DNA of 34,536 nucleotides from a bacterium (GTDB lineage: Bacteria > SZUA-182 > DTGQ01 > JAFGSM01). Under the pieces are notes generated by a model. The model was not told where the DNA came from. It worked only from the letters and a program-made list of their open reading frames with translations, and did no database searches. The position numbers and the translations under genes were made by a program. This document shows positions 21,296 to 29,200 of this stretch, one piece after another. The stretch covers positions 1 through 34,536 of the forward strand of contig JBLIRO010000052.1 of NCBI GenBank assembly GCA_049472335.1. The letters are read 5' to 3'. Positions within the stretch are counted from its first letter, which is position 1. Each line of letters opens with the position of its first letter.

Positions 21296-21451
21296 TCATT
21301 TAATAAGGAATAACCATTTTTTGGCAAGTGATGCAGCAAAATCGAGGCAGGCGTGGATATCTTTAATTGTTAAAGAGGGATAATCTTAAAGTAGTCGCTC
21401 GATTTTATCATCATTAGCCAGCATAAAGATGATCCGATGAATAGGAATTCC
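21296..21451 (-). pseudogene. DUF433-like antitoxin remnant (not in ORF track)
   Basis: GIPIHRIIFMLANDDKIERLL*DYPSLTIKDIHACLDFAASLA matches the DUF433 C-terminal pattern (YP.L...DI.ACL.YA); 5' end missing; internal stop. Confidence 0.75.
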
Positions 21452-21455
21452 CAAA

Positions 21456-21685
21456 AACCAATGCTACGCATGGTAATTTTTATCGAATCATGCCCATTTT
21501 TTGTTTCGAAGCGGGCCCCTTGGAATTGTCACCTTAATGAGAAGATTGCCCACCGGGTATGTAGTGTTTTATAACAGAAGGCACAAACGCAATGATCAGC
21601 TTTTCCAAAACAGATATAAATCCATCATATGCCAGGAAGATTTTTATTTGCAGGAATTAGTGTGGAATATTCATTTGAATCCTAT
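21456..21685 (+). pseudogene. RAYT fragment, copy 2
   Basis: Near-identical to about 20326-20552; QCYAW*FLSNHAHFLFRSGP...LFQNRYKSIICQED; TAA at 21474-21476. Confidence 0.85.
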
Positions 21686-21689
21686 AATA

Positions 21690-21845
21690 GGGGCAAAAAT
21701 GGGGACGCAAAAATGGCAAAAATGGGGACGGAGTTAGGCAAAAATGGGGATGGAGTTAGTTTATTAGCTTATCCTTCATTATCATTGTCATTGTCAAGGG
21801 GATGCCCATTAAAGGGAACGGCAAGTTGGGATGGTCTTTCACTTG
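21690..21845 (+). repeat. Intergenic repeat cluster A
   Basis: ggcaaaaatgggga(c/t)g three times; core ggagttagtttattagcttatcctt at 21752-21776; then gatgcccattaaag...gcaagttgggatgg shared with cluster C. Confidence 0.8.
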
Positions 21846-21869
21846 CTATTCGATTACATTCAGTTAGCA

Positions 21870-22292
21870 TTAAAATGGTACAGAAACTTTTATGTTTGAA
21901 ATCTTATCAAAATCCTTCTTATTTTCTGTAATTATTTCAATTAGATCATTTTCTTTCATAGTTGCCGCAATTACTGTATCCCATAAATGAATATTATGTT
22001 TTTGAATAAGGTCAATCGCAAGTAAAAATGTTTCCATGTCTCTGTCAATAATTTTCCAGTTATCAGATTGCAGGAAGTCTTTTATAATAGCCTTGGCATC
22101 TTCAATTTTGATTGGATTCTCAACTTTTTTAGTGATATCAACAAAAAATTCCATAAGGTTTTGGAGACAAACAACTCCTCCACCTTCTTCCCAGATCTTC
22201 ATCAATAGTGCTTTTGAAGCCTCGTGTTTTTCAGCTTCAGATGTATCATAAGCATATACAAGTATATTAGTGTCTATTAGTTTATCTGTCAT
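21870..22292 (-). CDS. PIN-domain (VapC-like) toxin
   Basis: LIDTNILVYAYD, QNLMEFF, LWDTVI and TENKKDF motifs; ATG 22292 overlaps the end of the antitoxin. Confidence 0.9.
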   Translation of the reverse strand: MTDKLIDTNILVYAYDTSEAEKHEASKALLMKIWEEGGGVVCLQNLMEFFVDITKKVENPIKIEDAKAIIKDFLQSDNWKIIDRDMETFLLAIDLIQKHNIHLWDTVIAATMKENDLIEIITENKKDFDKISNIKVSVPF

Positions 22293-22501
22293 ACAGATCT
22301 TCACGTCTTGAGTAAAATTTTTTGCCTAAATAAAAACCTTTACTTAAGAGTTTTAGTTGTCTCTCTTTGATTTCATCTTGCTTTTCTCTACTTAAAGGTT
22401 TTAAAATAACAAATGTCTGTAGGCGATCCATTAGGAAGATCTATCTCTTCTTTAAAACGAATTATATTGCCCTCAACTATATCTTTATAAATCTTTTTCA
22501 T
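22282..22501 (-). pseudogene. Frameshifted antitoxin (AF2212/DUF104-like N-terminus; not in ORF track)
   Basis: RBS gagaggtg; MKKIYKDIVEGNIIRLKEEIDLPNG then a frame change to ...LKLLSKGFYLGKKFYSRREDLYDR*; length 220 nt = 3n+1. Confidence 0.75.
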
Positions 22502-22737
22502 AGCGTTCACCTCTCTTAATAATAAGGGAAATTACACACTAGAATTCAAATTTTATTAGTAATTTTTTGTTCAGGTTGCCTAAAAATAATTTTTAATAGT
22601 GTAATCCGTATGACCTGTAATGATATATTTAGGCACATAGAACCTAATATGTTTTTATAAAAGAATACTATATTTCTGGTGTGATTGTTAAGAAATTTTT
22701 TTATTTTCTTTCTCAGATATATGGGGGAGATCGTAAC

Positions 22738-22866
22738 GGAGTTAGTTTATTAGCTTATCCTTGAAGAGTGGAAATGGTAAATAAAAACGCATTACTCGGT
22801 GCTGTAGGGAATAAGGGGGACGACCCTGGAATAAGGGGGACGATCTTAAATATTAAAATAATTTAA
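22738..22866 (+). repeat. Intergenic repeat cluster B
   Basis: Core ggagttagtttattagcttatcctt at 22738-22762; ggaaatggtaaataaaaa(c/t)gcattactcggtg shared with cluster C; gaataagggggacga twice; ggacgatcttaaatattaaaataa matches about 20120-20145. Confidence 0.8.
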
Positions 22867-22983
22867 TCGCCTAGGAATTTCCATTTTTTCATGTAAATTT
22901 TCGGGCAGTGTATAAGACAAAGATAATGAGTATACAAAAAGGAGACGTTGTTTACAAATCTTACTTATATGTCATTTGTCAAT

Positions 22984-23451
22984 TTATGAATTGTTACATC
23001 TTTTTAAGCATTCATTTAACACTTCTCTAAATTTATTGAAAATCTCTTCTATAATCAATATCCCAGGGAGCATTCTTTCCCATTCCAATTGAAATCCATA
23101 GCCATGATGAACTACATGCCTGAATTTACGGAAAGGCGCCAGCTTAGACTTAAGCTCTTCATCGAATAGAAGCGGAAGAGACGACGTGGGAGGATCACAA
23201 AACATATAGAATAGATCTACATGCCATGTGTCTCCATTAGGAATTGGGACACTGTAAAATCGACAAATACGTTTTAGAATATTTTCCACACCTCCATAGA
23301 ACTGGGCCAAAAATGCTCCTGCGGCCGTTTTTTCTCGAACTGTTGGATACCTTCCCATTGCATCCTTTTTTAAGGATACTAGTTCATGTACAGTATCTTT
23401 CATCAAATCTAACTCTATTTCAATTTCTTCACGAAGTTCATCAAGATGCAT
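22984..23451 (-). CDS. HepT-like HEPN ribonuclease toxin
   Basis: FYGGVENILKRI, WHVDL and the R-x4-H motif in FRHVVHHGY; downstream of an MNT gene. Confidence 0.88.
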   Translation of the reverse strand: MHLDELREEIEIELDLMKDTVHELVSLKKDAMGRYPTVREKTAAGAFLAQFYGGVENILKRICRFYSVPIPNGDTWHVDLFYMFCDPPTSSLPLLFDEELKSKLAPFRKFRHVVHHGYGFQLEWERMLPGILIIEEIFNKFREVLNECLKRCNNS

Positions 23452-23716
23452 AAATGACTTTTCCTTTTTTTTCGATATACTGCGTAAAACGAGTTGCCGG
23501 ATTTAATGGAACGATGTCAACAGTTATACGGAGTTCTTCCTCAACCTTAGCCCCAAACTCAAAAATTTTCCAACCTGAAAGGCCATCACAGGCTAGGTCA
23601 AGATCTCTTGCCTTTTCTGAATCTTCTAAGGCGCTACCAAAAAGAATTAATTTTTTTATGCCAAATTCCTTTGCCAAAATTATGCATCGTTCTATTTGGC
23701 TTTGATTAATCCCCAC
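23441..23716 (-). CDS. Minimal nucleotidyltransferase (MNT) antitoxin
   Basis: LILFGS...DLDLA...VDIVPL motifs; 91 aa; overlaps the HEPN gene. Confidence 0.9.
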   Translation of the reverse strand: MGINQSQIERCIILAKEFGIKKLILFGSALEDSEKARDLDLACDGLSGWKIFEFGAKVEEELRITVDIVPLNPATRFTQYIEKKGKVIYAS

Positions 23717-23885
23717 TATTTACACCGTAAAATCATTTTAAGGTTTTAATGCTTTGTGTAATCCTTATATAATATCCGTATTCTAAAGCCAATATAAAGT
23801 TATTGTCAAGAAATTTACATTGATAACTGCTGGCTCATTGGTAACTTAAGGTGCAGATAGGGACGTGTATATGGATTTTGGGATA

Positions 23886-24035
23886 GAGTTAGTTTTTTAG
23901 CTTATCCTTGACAAGGGGAAATGGTAAATAAAAATGCATTACTCGGTGTTGGAAATAAGAAAAAAGAGGACGCCCATTAAAGTTTGCTATATACTAAAGA
24001 GTAGGCATCATAGCAAGTTGGGACGGTTTTTTTCA
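23886..24035 (+). repeat. Intergenic repeat cluster C
   Basis: gagttagttttttagcttatcctt at 23886-23909 (1 mismatch to A/B); following ~40 bp match cluster B; gaggacgcccattaaag and gcaagttgggacgg match cluster A. Confidence 0.8.
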
Positions 24036-24144
24036 ATTACTAGTGCTTAGAGTTCGATGGGGTAATTTAGAGGATTTTTTTAAACAAATCAAGTAGTTAA
24101 AATTGGTCTTTGACATTATTATTTATGCTATATTTTAAATATCT

Positions 24145-24164
24145 AGTAATACTAAGTAATACTA
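24145..24164 (+). promoter_or_regulatory. Probable RHH autoregulatory operator
   Basis: agtaatacta twice, each near-palindromic, between TTGACA (24110-24115) and the RBS of the RHH gene. Confidence 0.55.
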
Positions 24165-24182
24165 AATAGGGGAGATTTAAAT

Positions 24183-24416
24183 ATGTCAAGGACAACTGTG
24201 GTATGGAATATTTCTTTACCTCCTAAAATAGCTAAAGAAGCTGAAAACATTGCAGAAGAGGAATCTCGCACTAAATCAGAACTTGTACGTGAAGCATTGA
24301 GACAATATCTTTGGACTATCAAAATAAAAAAGCTAGAAGTTTATGGACAAAAAAAGCAAAAAAAGGGACTCTTTGAAGAGGATATTGAACATTTAGTAGA
24401 TGATATTCGAAAGTAA
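24183..24416 (+). CDS. CopG/ribbon-helix-helix antitoxin
   Basis: NISLPPKIAKEAENIAEEESRTKSELVREALRQYL; RBS ggggga; directly before a PIN start. Confidence 0.85.
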   Translation: MSRTTVVWNISLPPKIAKEAENIAEEESRTKSELVREALRQYLWTIKIKKLEVYGQKKQKKGLFEEDIEHLVDDIRK

Positions 24417-24505
24417 ATGATTAAAATAGTCATCGATACTAATGTGTTTGTATCAGCACTTAATTTCGGCGGGACATCTAGCAAGGTTCTAAATTTGGAA
24501 AATGA
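24417..24505 (+). pseudogene. N-terminal fragment of a PIN toxin, fused in frame to a RAYT fragment
   Basis: MIKIVIDTNVFVSALNFGG; PIN-like sequence stops after about 30 codons. Confidence 0.8.
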
Positions 24506-24508
24506 GGG

Positions 24509-24750
24509 ATGCCGGGAAGATTCTTATTTACAGGAATTAGTACGGTATATTCATTTGAATCCTTTAAGGGCAAAGATAGTGAAGGATCTGAACGATTTGG
24601 CTGGTTATTCCTATTGCGGGAATAGTGCCTTGCTGGGAAAGGTAAAAAGAGAGTGGCATAATGTTGAATATGTTTTAAGGATTTTTGGGAACAGACACCG
24701 GTGAAGCCCGAAAAAAGTATCAGTCCTATGTTGCAGAGGGCATTTCCTTG
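24509..24750 (+). pseudogene. RAYT fragment, copy 3
   Basis: CREDSYLQELVRYIHLNPLRAKIVKDL...CGNSALLGKVKREW; closely matches about 20498-20635 and extends further 3'. Confidence 0.85.
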
Positions 24751-24819
24751 TGTTGGAAGAAGGGGATGGTCTAAGAATCCTCAGTGTTCTTTTAAAAATT
24801 ACAAAGTTAGTAATTCATG

Positions 24820-24983
24820 ATATGAAATATAAGGAAGGGTATAAGTGGCAAACGGTTACTGTGAAGATCAGGTTCAGTGAGTTTGCGACCAATACAAAGG
24901 CAATTACAGTTCAAATACCAACAATCTCAATAAAGAATCTCAGAATAGAGGGTGTAAATGCCTATAAAGTTATAGATCTATAA
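24820..24983 (+). pseudogene. Possible DNA polymerase IV (DinB) little-finger remnant
   Basis: GYKWQTVTVKIRFSEFATNTKAIT resembles the Y-family C-terminal TVTxKIRFxDF.T.TR..T pattern; no catalytic domain present. Confidence 0.55.
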
Positions 24984-25355
24984 AATAAAGATGATTTCTT
25001 GATTCAGAATTTTTCTTAATTTTTTATCCAGGGTCCATATTTTTGACTTTGAACTAATAGCCGCTATGATAATAACTGCGTCAATAAGCCCAATGCCCTT
25101 TGAAACCAGCCTATTCTCTCCGGAATATTTTCCTGCTTCTATCCATATTTCTTTTTCATCTATCTTTGGCAGATATTTCCAATAGGAAAATAATAAATCC
25201 CTCTCACGATTATTTTTCGCACCTTGTAGAAGTTCTCCAAAAATACACTATAATACATAAACCTCCTCTGCTTCCAATAGCTTTTCAATTGTTGTAAATA
25301 AATCTGGATTTTTTTTAAAGAACTCTATCCGAACTGATGTATCGAGAATGATCAT
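24978..25355 (-). pseudogene. VapC-like PIN toxin with a single in-frame TAG (not in ORF track)
   Basis: MIILDTSVRIEFFK...YVL*CIFGELLQGA...IGLIDAVII...IWTLDKKL; TAG at 25248-25250 (codon 36); ATGA overlap with the upstream frame. Confidence 0.85.
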
Positions 25356-25490
25356 GATCTTCGATTGAGCTCACGAATGTCATCAGCATTAAAATCTGTT
25401 GAAAACTTTAATGGTATTTTTTCTATTTTTTTATTTAACTCTTTAATATGGCGAAGATTAGACCATTCCTTTAAGACAATAATTAAAAAA
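25352..25490 (-). pseudogene. C-terminal remnant of the cognate antitoxin (DUF2191-like, tentative)
   Basis: LIIVLKEWSNLRHIKELNKKIEKIPLKFSTDFNADDIRELNRRS; stop coupled to the PIN start; no convincing own start because the adjacent gene ends at 25524. Confidence 0.55.
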
Positions 25491-25523
25491 TAGCCAAGCT
25501 TAGAACCAATAAAGCTCGGATGA

Positions 25524-26180
25524 TCAGGTTTCACCCCAAATCCAGAACGGGCTGACAAATACAATGTCTTCTATTTTTTTTTCATAACGGCCCAATATGC
25601 CCTGAATCGGTGCACCTACATAAGAGGCGAACAAATTACCATTGATCCAATCTGTGGAGGCAATGGAAGCGATTGTCCTGCCCTTCGCATTAGCCAGCCA
25701 CACCACAGTCCTGATCTTGTCGTTCCAGAACCTGAGCATTTTTTCCTGATCTTCTCTTTCTTTTTGAATAACCTTTGCTGTGGCTTCGTCCAGACCAGAG
25801 TTTTCATGTGAGATCTTTTGATTCCATATAACAAAACGACCGGGTCCGATATATACTAACCATGAATTTTGTCTCGGTGCATGTTTTGCCAAATCCAGAA
25901 GCTCTTTTGCTTCCCTTGCCTGGGCTTCGAGAAGAATTGCCTTTATGACTGGAGATAACTGGATGGTTGCTTCAAGACCCGACTCGGAATCCACTTTAGA
26001 ACCTATAATTTTTAATAAAGAAGCAGAGATCTCTGAACCAAGCTTTTTGCTTGCCACCAGATTCGATAAATCACCAAGTTTCTGAGAGAAGAAGAAACCA
26101 ATCTTCTCATTGTTCAAATATAAAGGCGCTCTGGCCTTTTTCGTTTTTGAAATCTCTTTGACTATACCTGTTTCATCCAT
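25524..26180 (-). CDS. Hypothetical protein
   Basis: Long ORF (track 25524..26219); AAGGAGA precedes ATG 26180 (MDETG); no recognised motif. Confidence 0.7.
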   Translation of the reverse strand: MDETGIVKEISKTKKARAPLYLNNEKIGFFFSQKLGDLSNLVASKKLGSEISASLLKIIGSKVDSESGLEATIQLSPVIKAILLEAQAREAKELLDLAKHAPRQNSWLVYIGPGRFVIWNQKISHENSGLDEATAKVIQKEREDQEKMLRFWNDKIRTVVWLANAKGRTIASIASTDWINGNLFASYVGAPIQGILGRYEKKIEDIVFVSPFWIWGET

Positions 26181-26218
26181 TGCGGATTTCTCCTTCTTTA
26201 GAATAGTAAAGATTTGCA

Positions 26219-29200
26219 TTATAGCGAATTAATGGGCTCATTGTGCTCATTACAATTTTTTACAGTAAGTTCCGCTTGATCAGCAATATCGCTGAAGAAT
26301 ATCCAATATCCCTTGCCGGGTTCCAGATTTTTTGATTCAAGAACTCGTTCATAACCAACTCCAGGGATATAACCATAGATTACAATAATATTACCGGTAT
26401 TTATGGAGGCTCTGGACTGAGTCGTGCATCCGCCGATCATATACCATCCGTTTTCATATACCGGAAGGTTATATTTCGGGATGGACTGGCCGGTTAACGC
26501 ACAGTTCTGATCACTATAAAATAGTATCCAGTATCCCTTTCCAACTTCCAACTCTTCTTCCTCTATTAAGCGTTTATAACCAACTCCCTTCTCAAAACCA
26601 TAAGTCACCACCGCTTCCGGGAACAACTGGGAAATTACTGAGCTTTCAGGAAAAACAGGAAGAGAAATCATACTCCAGCCTGCTTTCAAATTGATGTCTG
26701 TGAATAGTATCCGGGATGAATGGCAGTTTGAACAGCCCTGTATAAGCAAAGTATGATAAGGCCCCTCTGTAGTCCATTCAGGAAGACTCAATTCAATAGG
26801 GACCCCGTCCTGGCTATTATGCATAGTATGACATTTGTTGCAAGGGCCGTTGCTAGATGATTTCTGTGTATGGCAAGTAATACAACCATCACATGTGTCC
26901 GGGTCCCAACGTAACATATCCGGGTAGGGGCTTCCATGTGGCCGATGGCAGGAGATACAACTGACCAAGTCCTCGCCAGGTGTAACTGCTATTGAGTTTA
27001 TTGATCCCGGGTCTGAACGGGCTACCGGAACCTCAGGATTATAGGTGTTATAATCTTTATATTCCCCGTAATCTGGTAAGGTTGCATCTGAGGGATGTCG
27101 GATCCAGTGCCCATACTGGCCTTTTTCCTTCTGTTGCATATGAAATTTCCCGTGACAGCCACAGCAAAAGGCAGTCATAGTTCGATTATTAGCTAATGAC
27201 CAGCTATCGCTTGTGAATGCACCTTCTTTTCCGAGATATTCATTGTGATTCTCAGAGTCTGACTCATCCATAGCCTGCCATTTGGAGTCCTCAATCCCTA
27301 TAACACCATAAATTCCACCTAACCTGATATGTGATTTGAGAAAACGGTACCATGGGAAATTATTTATTATATCGTATTGATTTCCATCATCAGCATGATG
27401 ATAGCCGCTCGGTTGAAGAATATCGTCGACCATATGACAACCGGTGCAGCCTTGTCTTTTATAAAGACCTGGATAAGACCAAGACCCCGTATATTCTCTA
27501 TCAAAATTATCGTGGCAGGAATTACTGGAACAAGTTATACCACCCGGGGCCTTGGATAATTTATCATCCTTTTCACCAGGAAAGACATTATGACCCTTTG
27601 AATCATCTGCACCTTCGTTTCCTTCTTTTACCCACCAAAAATTACCCCCGGCAAGATAATTGGCAGGGGCATCAGGTCCGGTATAATTTACTACCGGAAC
27701 ACGATATCCATCCAGATCATAGTATGTGGATGATACATTGGATGAATGGCAGCCAAGACAGTCCTTTGTAAGTAAAGTATGATAAGGTCCCTCCGTACTC
27801 CATTCAGAAAGATTCAATTCAAGAGCGACTCCATCCTGACTATAGTGCATGGTATGGCAATTAAAACAACGACCTTTAGTCGATGATTTCTGTGTATGGC
27901 AAACAATACAACCCTCATATGTATTTGGATCCCAGCGTAGCATATCCGGGTATGGACTCCCATGAGGTCGGTGACAGGAGATACAAAGTACCTGTCCCTG
28001 GGTTTTCGCAACATCAAGTCCAATCTGGTTGTTTCCGGCGGAGGCATCATAACCAACGGGGGCCTTGGGAGAATATTTATTTATGGCATCACCTTCTTCC
28101 GGATAGTCAGCATATTCAGCCGGGCCGATAGCATTAGCGGCATCCAAAGTAATATCCGTGGGATGCCTCAACCATGGCTCACTGGGACCGCCCTGACTGG
28201 CATCACCATGAAAATTGCCATGACAACTCGCACAGAGTTTATTAATTCCATCGGCATCATAGACATTATGTTCAGAGGCATCAGCAGCAGTGATTTGGCT
28301 TTTTGTATTATACCTGCCGGATTCCCAGTTCAAATGCTCTATTCCAAGCACGCCAGAGTTATTAAATTCATGATTAACTAAATCAGTGCTTAAAAGCCTG
28401 TAGCTTTTTCCCACTGTAGATCCATCTAATGGACTATATTGATCCATATGGTGGGCTCCATATACTGCTGTGATATTATCAGGTTCTGCTCTATTGCCAT
28501 GACAACCAGTGGTTCCGGCACAGGTAATCTGTTTAGCACTGCCTATATCGTCGTTAGCCCCTCCAGGTGGTACATTGGGAGTCCCTAAAGCTTTATCCGG
28601 AGGAGCAAATCCAAGGACATTATGTCTTACAGAATCTGCAGTACCAGCAAAGGTCCCTCCGGCCAGCATTGCATCACTTGTTAAATCTATCTGGGGAGCT
28701 TTGGTAAAAGTATCGTAACCATTGATCACGGATGAAGAACCAGAATGACAACCAACGCATGAACTATTATTCTCATTGGGATCTCTAACAAAACCAAAAA
28801 GGAGCGCATTATTTGGTCCAAGAGAAATAGGTTTGTTTAGATCGAAAAAAATATGTGGAGCAACTCCATCTTGGCTGTTATGCATATTATGACATTTATT
28901 GCAGGGCCCATTAACCAATGATTTCTGTGTATGGCAAGTAATGCAACCCTTACATGTATCGGGATCCCACCGTAACATATCCGGGTACGGACTCCCATGA
29001 GGTCGGTGACAGGAGATACAAAGTACCTGTCCCTGGGTTTTCGCAATATCAACTCCAATCTGGTTATTTCCAGCGGAGGCATCATAACCAACGGGGGCCT
29101 CGGTAGAATATTTATTTACGGCATCACCTTCTTCCGGATAGTCAGCATATTCAGCCGGGCCGGAAGCAGCAGCGGCATCCAAAGCAATATCTGTGGGATG

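Noticed and set aside
21629..21931. 100-aa plus-strand ORF
   Set aside because: Runs through repeat cluster A and out-of-frame RAYT DNA; not protein-like.
21690..24035. CRISPR array or classical integron attC sites
   Set aside because: Units are about 1 kb apart and mosaic; I could not find attC-type inverted boxes or an integrase.
25248..25250. Stop-codon recoding (pyrrolysine or alternative code) in the PIN gene
   Set aside because: Other genes end at TAG normally, the surrounding region is full of pseudogenes, and a single GAG-to-TAG change explains it.
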